Positions 12,177-23,649 of a DNA stretch of 64,000 nt are shown here, one piece after another. A model generated the notes under the pieces. The model was not told where the DNA came from and searched no databases. It saw nothing but the letters and a program-made list of their open reading frames with translations. This DNA is from Eledone cirrhosa (lineage: Eukaryota): NCBI GenBank assembly GCA_964016885.1, contig OZ024744.1, positions 132,432,001-132,496,000 on the forward strand. The letters are read 5' to 3'. Each line of letters opens with the position of its first letter. Positions within the stretch are counted from its first letter, which is position 1. The position numbers and the translations under genes were made by a program.

Positions 12177-12396
12177 CTCCACCGTGAGTTTCAGCGATCT
12201 GAGGTCTGTTCTCACCACCTCCGCCCATGTTTTTTGTGATCTACCTCTACCCATCGGTCATCCTCCATGTACATCACATGTGCATACCACCTCTCCCATA
12301 CACTACATTCTATCCCCCTCACATATTGACATTGTACACCCAACGGAGCATGCTTGCCTCATTTCTCTCCAGCCGTCTAATATCCTCTGCAGTTAC
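12177..12396 (-). mobile_element. Degenerate fragment of an RTE-clade non-LTR retrotransposon (region C-terminal to the RT domain), internally deleted and frameshifted
   Basis: Manual minus-strand translation gives three consecutive pieces in different frames: VTAEDIRRLERNEASMLRWVYNVN / RGIECSVWERWYAHVMYMEDDRW / GRGRSQKTWAEVVRTDLRSLKLTVE. These match, in order, the RTE post-RT motifs 'E..MLR(W)', 'RW.GHV.RM' and 'RGRP..TW...V..D'. GC content is much higher than in the flanking satellite. Confidence 0.85.
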
Positions 12397-15300
12397 TTAT
12401 ATCTGATTTCAAATATTGATTTTTTTTAGATTTTTCGAAATACCTTATATAATCAATTTTTTTTAGGTTTTTCAAATTACCTTATATAATCAATTTTTTT
12501 TATCAGATTTCAAATATTGATTTTTTTTAGCTTTTTCGACAAAATCTTATATAATCAATTTTTTTTAGGTTTTTCGAAAAAGAATGAATTTGAGTTCATA
12601 GTCGAAATATATACTTCTGCATTAATCTTTTTACGTTTTTTTGATTTTTTTTAAAAAAACGTAAAAAATTAATGCTTTTACAAATCTTTTGAAATATTTA
12701 CTTTCTAGTTTCAAATTTTGCAGATTAAATTTTTCTCGAAAAACCTAAAAAATCAGTTGTCGAAATCAGAAGTTAATATTTCGAAAAACGCAATTTGAAA
12801 AACTCATATTAATTTTTTTTCGAAAACATTATATAATCAATTTTTTAGAAATATTTATATCTGATTTCAAATATTGATTTTTTTAGGTTTTTCGAAAACC
12901 CTATATAATCAATTTTTTTGTACTTTTAGAAATATCTATATCTGATTTCATGTATTGATTTTTTTATATTTTTCGAAAAAGCTTAGATAATCAATTTTTT
13001 TAGGTCTTTCGAAAACATTATATAATCAATTTTTTTTTAGGTTTTTCGAAAAAACCTTATATAATCAATTTTTTTTAGGTTTTTCAAATATTGATTTTTT
13101 TAGCTTTTTCGACAAAATCTTATATAATCAATTTTTTTTAGGTTTTTCGAAAAAGAATGAATTTGAGTTCATAGTCGAAATATATACTTCTGCATTAATC
13201 TTTTTACGTTTTTTTGATTTTTTTAAAAAAACGTAAAAAATTAATGCTTTTACAAATCTTTTGAAATATTTACTTTCTAGTTTCAAATTTTGCAGATTAA
13301 ATTTTTCTCGAAAAACCTAAAAAATCAGTTGTCGAAATCAGAAGTTAATATTTCGAAAAACGCAATTTGAAAAACTCATATTAATTTTTTTTCGAAAACA
13401 TTATATAATCAATTTTTTAGAAATATTTATATCTGATTTCAAATATTGATTTTTTTAGGTTTTTCGAAAACCCTATATAATCAATTTTTTTGTACTTTTA
13501 GAAATATCTATATCTGATTTCATGTATTGATTTTTTTATATTTTTCGAAAAATCTTATATAATCAATTTTTTTACGTTTTTAGAAAAACCTTATATAATC
13601 AATTTTTTTTAGGTTTTTCGAAAAACCTTATATAATCAATTTTTTTATGTTTTTTCGAAAAATCTTATATAATCAATTTTTTTACGTTTTTAGAAATATT
13701 TATATCTGATTTCAAATATTGATTTTTTTTAGATTTTTCGAAATACCTTATATAATCAATGTTTTTTAGGTTTTTCAAATTACCTTATATAATCAATTTT
13801 TTTTATCAGATTTCAAATATTGATTTTTTTTAGCTTTTTCGACAAAATCTTATATAATCAATTTTTTTTAGGTTTTTCGAAAAAGAATGAATTTGAGTTC
13901 ATAGTCGAAATATATACTTCTGCATTAATCTTTTTACGTTTTTTTGATTTTTTTTAAAAAAACGTAAAAAATTAATGCTTTTACAAATCTTTTGAAATAT
14001 TTACTTTCTAGTTTCAAATTTTGCAGATTAAATTTTTCTCGAAAAACCTAAAAAATCAGTTGTCGAAATCAGAAGTTAATATTTCGAAAAACGCAATTTG
14101 AAAAACTCATATTAATTTTTTTTCGAAAACATTATATAATCAATTTTTTAGAAATATTTATATCTGATTTCAAATATTAATCAATATTTTTAGGTTTTTC
14201 GAAAACCCTATATAATCAATTTTTTTGTACTTTTAGAAATATCTATATCTGATTTCATGTATTGATTTTTTTATATTTTTCGAAAAATCTTATATAATCA
14301 ATTTTTTTACGTTTTTAGAAAAACCTTATATAATCAATTTTTTTTAGGTTTTTCGAAAAACCTTATATAATCAATTTTTTTATGTTTTTTCGAAAAATCT
14401 TATATAATCAATTTTTTTACGTTTTTAGAAATATTTATATCTGATTTCAAATATTGATTTTTTTTAGATTTTTCGAAATACCTTATATAATCAATGTTTT
14501 TTAGGTTTTTCAAATTACCTTATATAATCAATTTTTTTTATCAGATTTCAAATATTGATTTTTTTTAGCTTTTTCGACAAAATCTTATATAATCAATTTT
14601 TTTTAGGTTTTTCGAAAAAGAATGAATTTGAGTTCATAGTCGAAATATATACTTCTGCATTAATCTTTTTACGTTTTTTTGATTTTTTTTAAAAAAACGT
14701 AAAAAATTAATGCTTTTACAAATCTTTTGAAATATTTACTTTCTAGTTTCAAATTTTGCAGATTAAATTTTTCTCGAAAAACCTAAAAAATCAGTTGTCG
14801 AAATCAGAAGTTAATATTTCGAAAAACGCAATTTGAAAAACTCATATTAATTTTTTTTCGAAAACATTATATAATCAATTTTTTAGAAATATTTATATCT
14901 GATTTCAAATATTAATCAATATTTTTAGGTTTTTCGAAAACCCTATATAATCAATTTTTTTGTACTTTTAGAAATATCTATATCTGATTTCATGTATTGA
15001 TTTTTTTATATTTTTCGAAAAAGCTTAGATAATCAATTTTTTTAGATCTTTCGAAAACATTATATAATCAATTTTTTTTTAGGTTTTTCGAAAAAACCTT
15101 ATATAATCAATTCTTTTTAGGTTTTTTCGAAAAATCTTATATAATCAATTTTTTTACGTTTTTAGAAAAACCTTATATAATCAATTTTTTTTAGATTTTT
15201 CAAAAAACCATATAATCAATTTTTTTTGTTTTTTTGAAAAATCTTATATAATCAATTTTTTTACGTTTTTAGAAATATTTATATCTGATTTCAAATATTG

Positions 15301-18300
15301 ATTTTTTTTAGGTTTTTCGAATTACCTTATATAATCAATTTTTTTTAGGTTTTTCAAATTACCATAAGGTAATTTGAAAAACCTAAAAAAAATTGATCTG
15401 ATTTCAAACATTGATTTTTTTAGCTTTTTCGACAAAATCTTATATAATCAATTTTCTTTAGGTTTTTCGAAAAAGAATGAATTTGAGTTCATAGTCGAAA
15501 TATATACTTCTGCATTAATCTTTTTACGTTTTTTTGAAAAAATTAATGCTTTTACAAATCTTTTGAAATATTTACTTTCTAGTTTCAAATTTTGCAGATT
15601 AAATTTTTCTCGAAAAACCTAAAAAATCAGTTGTCGAAATCAGAAGTTAATATTTCGTAAAACGCAATTTGAAAAACTCATTAATTTTTTTTCGAAAACT
15701 TATTATATAATCAATTTTTTTATACTTTTAGAAATATTTATATCTGATTTCAAATATTGATTTTTTTAGGTTTTTCGAAAACCCTATATAATCAATTTTT
15801 TTGTACTTTTAGAAATATCTATATCTGATTTCATGTATTGATTTTTTTATATTTTTCGAAAAAGCTTAGATAATCAATTTTTTTAGGTCTTTCGAAAACA
15901 TTATATAATCAATTTTTTTTTAGGTTTTTCGAAAAAACCTTATATAATCAATGTTTTTTAGGTTTTTCAAATTACCTTATATAATCAATTTTTTTTATCA
16001 GATTTCAAATATTGATTTTTTTTAGCTTTTTCGACAAAATCTTATATAATCAATTTTTTTTAGGTTTTTCGAAAAAGAATGAATTTGAGTTCATAGTCGA
16101 AACTAATACTTCTGCATTAATCTTTTTACGTTTTTTTGATTTTTTTTAAAAAAACGTAAAAAATTAATGCTTTTACAAATCTTTTGAAATATTTACTTTC
16201 TAGTTTCAAATTTTGCAGATTAAATTTTTCTCGAAAAACCTAAAAAATCAGTTGTCGAAATCAGAAGTTAATATTTCGAAAAACGCAATTTGAAAAACTC
16301 ATATTAATTTTTTTTCGAAAACATTATATAATCAATTTTTTAGAAATATTTATATCTGATTTCAAATATTGATTTTTTTAGGTTTTTCGAAAACCCTATA
16401 TAATCAATTTTTTTGTACTTTTAGAAATATCTATATCTGATTTCATGTATTGATTTTTTTATATTTTTCGAAAAATTTTATATAATCAATTTTTTTACGT
16501 TTTTAGAAAAACCTTATATAATCAATTTTTTTTAGGTTTTTCGAAAAACCTTATATAATCAATTTTTTTATGTTTTTTCGAAAAATCTTATATAATCAAT
16601 TTTTTTACGTTTTTAGAAATATTTATATCTGATTTCAAATATTGATTTTTTTTAGATTTTTCGAAATACCTTATATAATCAATGTTTTTTAGGTTTTTCA
16701 AATTACCTTATATAATCAATTTTTTTTATCAGATTTCAAATATTGATTTTTTTTAGCTTTTTCGACAAAATCTTATATAATCAATTTTTTTTAGGTTTTT
16801 CGAAAAAGAATGAATTTGAGTTCATAGTCGAAATATATACTTCTGCATTAATCTTTTTACGTTTTTTTGATTTTTTTTAAAAAAACGTAAAAAATTAATG
16901 CTTTTACAAATCTTTTGAAATATTTACTTTCTAGTTTCAAATTTTGCAGATTAAATTTTTCTCGAAAAACCTAAAAAATCAGTTGTCGAAATCAGAAGTT
17001 AATATTTCGAAAAACGCAATTTGAAAAACTCATATTAATTTTTTTTCGAAAACATTATATAATCAATTTTTTAGAAATATTTATATCTGATTTCAAATAT
17101 TAATCAATATTTTTAGGTTTTTCGAAAACCCTATATAATCAATTTTTTTGTACTTTTAGAAATATCTATATCTGATTTCATGTATTGATTTTTTTATATT
17201 TTTCGAAAAAGCTTAGATAATCAATTTTTTTAGATCTTTCGAAAACATTATATAATCAATTTTTTTTTAGGTTTTTCGAAAAAACCTTATATAATCAATT
17301 CTTTTTAGGTTTTTTCGAAAAATCTTATATAATCAATTTTTTTACGTTTTTAGAAAAACCTTATATAATCAATTTTTTTTAGATTTTTCAAAAAACCTTA
17401 TATAATCAATTTTTTTTGTTTTTTTGAAAAATCTTATATAATCAATTTTTTTACGTTTTTAGAAATATTTATATCTGATTTCAAATATTGATTTTTTTTA
17501 GGTTTTTCGAATTACCTTATATAATCAATTTTTTTTAGGTTTTTCAAATTACCATAAGGTAATTTGAAAAACCTAAAAAAAATTGATCTGATTTCAAACA
17601 TTGATTTTTTTAGCTTTTTCGACAAAATCTTATATAATCAATTTTCTTTAGGTTTTTCGAAAAAGAATGAATTTGAGTTCATAGTCGAAATATATACTTC
17701 TGCATTAATCTTTTTACGTTTTTTTGAAAAAATTAATGCTTTTACAAATCTTTTGAAATATTTACTTTCTAGTTTCAAATTTTGCAGATTAAATTTTTCT
17801 CGAAAAACCTAAAAAATCAGTTGTCGAAATCAGAAGTTAATATTTCGTAAAACGCAATTTGAAAAACTCATTAATTTTTTTTCGAAAACTTATTATATAA
17901 TCAATTTTTTTATACTTTTAGAAATATTTATATCTGATTTCAAATATTGATTTTTTTAGGTTTTTCGAAAACCCTATATAATCAATTTTTTTGTACTTTT
18001 AGAAATATCTATATCTGATTTCATGTATTGATTTTTTTATATTTTTCGAAAAAGCTTAGATAATCAATTTTTTTAGGTCTTTCGAAAACATTATATAATC
18101 AATTTTTTTTTAGGTTTTTCGAAAAAACCTTATATAATCAATGTTTTTTAGGTTTTTCAAATTACCTTATATAATCAATTTTTTTTATCAGATTTCAAAT
18201 ATTGATTTTTTTTAGCTTTTTCGACAAAATCTTATATAATCAATTTTTTTTAGGTTTTTCGAAAAAGAATGAATTTGAGTTCATAGTCGAAACTAATACT

Positions 18301-21300
18301 TCTGCATTAATCTTTTTACGTTTTTTTGATTTTTTTTAAAAAAACGTAAAAAATTAATGCTTTTACAAATCTTTTGAAATATTTACTTTCTAGTTTCAAA
18401 TTTTGCAGATTAAATTTTTCTCGAAAAACCTAAAAAATCAGTTGTCGAAATCAGAAGTTAATATTTCGAAAAACGCAATTTGAAAAACTCATATTAATTT
18501 TTTTTCGAAAACATTATATAATCAATTTTTTAGAAATATTTATATCTGATTTCAAATATTGATTTTTTTAGGTTTTTCGAAAACCCTATATAATCAATTT
18601 TTTTGTACTTTTAGAAATATCTATATCTGATTTCATGTATTGATTTTTTTATATTTTTCGAAAAATTTTATATAATCAATTTTTTTACGTTTTTAGAAAA
18701 ACCTTATATAATCAATTTTTTTTAGGTTTTTCGAAAAACCTTATATAATCAATTTTTTTATGTTTTTTCGAAAAATCTTATATAATCAATTTTTTTACGT
18801 TTTTAGAAATATTTATATCTGATTTCAAATATTGATTTTTTTTAGATTTTTCGAAATACCTTATATAATCAATGTTTTTTAGGTTTTTCAAATTACCTTA
18901 TATAATCAATTTTTTTTATCAGATTTCAAATATTGATTTTTTTTAGCTTTTTCGACAAAATCTTATATAATCAATTTTTTTTAGGTTTTTCGAAAAAGAA
19001 TGAATTTGAGTTCATAGTCGAAATATATACTTCTGCATTAATCTTTTTACGTTTTTTTGATTTTTTTTAAAAAAACGTAAAAAATTAATGCTTTTACAAA
19101 TCTTTTGAAATATTTACTTTCTAGTTTCAAATTTTGCAGATTAAATTTTTCTCGAAAAACCTAAAAAATCAGTTGTCGAAATCAGAAGTTAATATTTCGA
19201 AAAACGCAATTTGAAAAACTCATATTAATTTTTTTTCGAAAACATTATATAATCAATTTTTTAGAAATATTTATATCTGATTTCAAATATTGATTTTTTT
19301 AGGTTTTTCGAAAACCCTATATAATCAATTTTTTTGTACTTTTAGAAATATCTATATCTGATTTCATGTATTGATTTTTTTATATTTTTCGAAAAAGCTT
19401 AGATAATCAATTTTTTTAGGTCTTTCGAAAACATTATATAATCAATTTTTTTACGTTTTTAGAAAAACCTTATATAATCAATTTTTTTTAGGTTTTTCGA
19501 AAAACCTTATATAATCAATTTTTTTATGTTTTTTCGAAAAATCTTATATAATCAATTTTTATACGTTTTTAGAAATATTTATATCTGATTTCAAATATTG
19601 ATTTTTTTTAGATATTTCGAAATACCTTATATAATAAATTTTTTTTAGGTTTTTCAAATTACCTTATATAATCAATTATTTTTATCAGATTTCAAATATT
19701 GATTTTTTTTAGCTTTTTCGACAAAATCTTATATAATCAATTTTTTTTAGGTTTTTCGAAAAAGAATGAATTTGAGTTCATAGTCGAAATATATACTTCT
19801 GCATTAATCTTTTTACGTTTTTTTGATTTTTTTTAAAAAAACGTAAAAAATTAATGCTTTTACAAATCTTTTGAAATATTTACTTTCTAGTTTCAAATTT
19901 TGCAGATTAAATTTTTCTCGAAAAACCTAAAAAATCAGTTGTCGAAATCAGAAGTTAATATTTCGAAAAACGCAATTTGAAAAACTCATATTAATTTTTT
20001 TTCGAAAACATTATATAATCAATTTTTTAGAAATATTTATATCTGATTTCAAATATTGATTTTTTTAGGTTTTTCGAAAACCCTATATAATCAATTTTTT
20101 TGTACTTTTAGAAATATCTATATCTGATTTCATGTATTGATTTTTTTATATTTTTCGAAAAAGCTTAGATAATCAATTTTTTTAGGTCTTTCGAAAACAT
20201 TATATAATCAATTTTTTTACGTTTTTAGAAAAACCTTATATAATCAATTTTTTTTAGGTTTTTCGAAAAACCTTATATAATCAATTTTTTTATGTTTTTT
20301 CGAAAAATCTTATATAATCAATTTTTTTACGTTTTTAGAAATATTTATATCTGATTTCAAATATTGATTTTTTTTAGATATTTCGAAATACCTTATATAA
20401 TCAATTTTTTTTTAGGTTTTTCAAACTACCTTATATAATCAATTTTTTTTATCAGATTTCAAATATTGATTTTTTTTAGCTTTTTCGACAAAATCTTATA
20501 TAATCAATTTTTTTTAGGTTTTTCGAAAAAGAATGAATTTGAGTTCATAGTCGAAATATATACTTCTGCATTAATCTTTTTACGTTTTTTTGATTTTTTT
20601 TAAAAAAACGTAAAAAATTAATGCTTTTACAAATCTTTTGAAATATTTACTTTCTAGTTTCAAATTTTGCAGATTAAATTTTTCTCGAAAAACCTAAAAA
20701 ATCAGTTGTCGAAATCAGAAGTTAATATTTCGAAAAACGCAATTTGAAAAACTCATATTAATTTTTTTTCGAAAACATTATATAATCAATTTTTTAGAAA
20801 TATTTATATCTGATTTCAAATATTGATTTTTTTGTACTTTTAGAAATATCTATATCTGATTTCATGTATTGATTTTTTTATATTTTTCGAAAAATCTTAT
20901 ATAATCAATTTTTTTACGTTTTTAGAAAAACCTTATATAATCAATTTTTTTTAGGTTTTTCGAAAAACCTTATATAATCAATTTTTTTATGTTTTTTCGA
21001 AAAATCTTATATAATCAATTTTTTTACGTTTTTAGAAATATTTATATCTGATTTCAAATATTGATTTTTTTTAGATTTTTCGAAATACCTTATATAATCA
21101 ATTTTTTTTAGGTTTTTCAAATCACCTTATATAATCAATTTTTTTTATCTGATTTCAAATATTGATTTTTTTAGCTTTTTCGACAAAATCTTATATAATC
21201 AATTTTTTTTAGGTTTTTCGAAAAAGAATGAATTTGAGTTCATAGTCGAAATATATACTTCTGCATTAATCTTTTTACGTTTTTTTGAAAAAATTAATGC

Positions 21301-21836
21301 TTTTACAAATCTTTTGAAATATTTACTTTCTAGTTTCAAATTTTGCAGATTAAATTTTTCTCGAAAAACCTAAAAAATCAGTTGTCGAAATCAGAAGTTA
21401 ATATTTCGTAAAACGCAATTTGAAAAACTCATATTAATTTTTTTTCGAAAACTTATTATATAATCAATTTTTTTATACTTTTAGAAATATTTATATCTGA
21501 TTTCAAATATTGATTTTTTTAGGTTTTTCGAAAACCCTATATAATCAATTTTTTTGTACTTTTAGAAATATCTATATCTGATTTCATGTATTGATTTTTT
21601 TATATTTTTCGAAAAAGCTTAGATAATCAATTTTTTTAGGTCTTTCGAAAACCTTATATAATCAATTTTTTTTTAGGTTTTTCGAAAAAACCTTATATAA
21701 TCAATTTTTTTTAGGTTTTTTCGAAAAATCTTACATAATCAATTTTTTTACGTTTTTAGAAATATTTATATCTGATTTCAAATATTGATTTTTTTTAGAT
21801 TTTTCGAAATACCTTATTTTTAGGTTTTTCAAATTA

Positions 21837-22018
21837 CCCCGACTTAACTTAACCCCAACTTAACTTAACCCCAACTTAACTTAACCCCAACTTAACTTAA
21901 CCCCAACTTGACTTAACCCCAACATAACTCACACCCAACTTAACTTACCCCCAACTTAACTTAACCCCAACTTGACTTAACCCCAACTTAACTTAACCCC
22001 AACTTAACTTAACGCCAA
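21837..22018 (-). repeat. Inverted satellite A cassette, truncated by the B>A junction
   Basis: ccccgacttaacttaaccccaac... ending aacgccaa-agtcggag. Confidence 0.9.
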
Positions 22019-22407
22019 AGTCGGAGTTAAGTTAAGTTGGGGTTAAGCTAAGTTGGGGGTAAGTTAAGTTGGGGGTAAGTTAAATTGGGGTTAAGTTAAG
22101 TTGGGGTTAAGTTAGGGTTAAGTTAAGTTGGGTATAAGTTAAGTTGGGGTTGAGTGAAGTTGGGGTTAAGTTAAGTTGGGGTTAAGTTAAGTTAGGGTTA
22201 ATTTAAGTTGGGGTTAAGTTAAGTTGGGGTTAACTTAAGTTGGGGTTAAGTTAAGTTGGGGTTAATTTAGGTTGGGGTTAAGTTAAGTTGGGGTTAAGAT
22301 AAGTTGGGGTTAAGTTAAATTGAGATTAAGTTAACTTGGGTTTGAGTTAAGTTGGGGATAAGTTAAGTGGTGGTTATGTTAAGTTGGGGTTAAGTTAAGT
22401 TGGGGTT

Positions 22408-22752
22408 AACCCCAACTTAACTTAACCCCAACTTAACTTAACCCCAACTTCACTCAACCCCAACTTAAATTAACCCCAACTTCACTCAACCCCAACTTAA
22501 CTCAACCCCAACTTAAATTAACCCCAACTTAACTTAACCCTGACTTAACTTAACCCCGACTTAACTTCACCCCGACTTAACTTAACCCCAACTTAACTTA
22601 AACCCCAACTTAACTTAACCCCAACTTAACTTAACCCCAACTTGACTTAACCCCAACTTAACTCACACCCAACTTAACTTACCCCCAACTTAACTTAACC
22701 ACAACTTGACGTAAACCCAACTTAACTTAACCCCAACTTAACTTAACCCCAA
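22408..22752 (-). repeat. Inverted satellite A cassette
   Basis: GGGGTT|AACCCC start; ccccaa-agtcggag end. Confidence 0.92.
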
Positions 22753-23379
22753 AGTCGGAGTTCAGTTAAGTTGGGGTTCAGTTAAGTTAGGCTTAACTTA
22801 AGTTGGGGTTAAGTTAAGTTGGGGGTAAGTTAAGTTGGGGGTAAGTTAAGTTGGGGTTAAGTTAAGTTGGGGTTAAGTTGGGGTTAAGTTAAGTTAGGGT
22901 TAAGTTAAGTTGGGGTTGAGTTAAGTTGGGGTTAAGTTAAGTGGTGGTTATGTTAAGTTGGGGTTAAGTTAAGTTGGGGTTAAATTAAGTGGGGTTAACT
23001 TAAGTTGGGTGTAAGTTAAGTTGGGGTTGAGTGAAGTTGGGGTTAAGTTAAGTTGGGGTTAAGTTAAGTTAGGGTTAATTTAAGTTGGGGTTATGTTAAG
23101 TTGGTGTTAAGTTAAGTTGGGGTTAAGTCGAGTTGGGGTTAAGTTAAGTTGGGGTTAAGTTAAATTGGTGTTAAGTTAAGTTGGGGTTAAGTTAAGTTGG
23201 GGTTAGTTAAGTTGAGTTTAAGTTAAGTTGGGGTTAATTTAAGTTGGGGTTAAGTTAAGTTGGGGTTGAGTTAAGTTGTGGTTAAGTTAAGTTGGGGTTA
23301 GGTTAAGTTGGGGTTAAGTTAAGCTGGGGTTAAATTAAGTTGGGGTTAAGTTAAGTTGGGGTTAGGTTAAGTTGGGGTT

Positions 23380-23649
23380 AACCCCAACTTCACTCAACCC
23401 CAACTTAACTTAACCCCAACTTCACTCAACCCCAACTTAACTCAACCCCAACTTAACTTAACCCCAACTTAACTTAACCCTAACTTAACTTAACCCCGAC
23501 TTAAACTTAACCCCGACTTAACTTAACCCCAACTTAACTTAACCCCAACTTAATTTAACCCCAACTTAACTTAATCCCAACTTGACTTAACCCCAACTTA
23601 ACTCACACCCAACTTAACTTACCCCCAACTTAACTTAACTTAACCCCAA
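23380..23649 (-). repeat. Inverted satellite A cassette
   Basis: GGGGTT|AACCCC start; ccccaa-agtcggag end. Confidence 0.92.

Larger units (their letters stand above)
7271..21836 (+). repeat. Satellite B block 1 (AT-rich ~37-bp subunits in ~0.56-1.06 kb higher-order monomers, ~19 monomers)
   Basis: Subunit is about AAAAACCTTATATAATCAATTTTTTTTAGGTTTTTCG. Monomer marker GAATGAATTTGAGTTCATAGTCG occurs at ~7950, 8559, 9622, 10231, 11088, 11651, 12582, 13155, 13885, 14620, 15475, 16077, 16808, 17665, 18267, 18998, 19764, 20531 and 21226. Confidence 0.96.

Noticed and set aside
12184-12429. 81-aa plus-strand ORF
   Set aside because: Antisense shadow of the minus-strand RTE fragment, running into satellite; no recognisable protein.
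15374-15622. 82-aa ORF (also 17564-17812, 60924-61172 and the 70-aa form at 11023-11235)
   Set aside because: Lies wholly within satellite B, has a TTG start and F/K/I/L-rich low-complexity composition, and is open only in monomers that carry hairpin 2 and lack the 15-bp fold-back. The identical copies reflect repeat duplication, not coding.
7271-21836. CRISPR array (37-bp palindromic repeats)
   Set aside because: Repeats are directly tandem with no unique spacers, no leader and no cas genes.
21825-21845. Target-site duplication marking A or B as an inserted transposon
   Set aside because: Similar TTAGGTTT sequences on both sides are ordinary B subunits. There is no diagnostic TSD, transposase, LTR or poly(A) tail.
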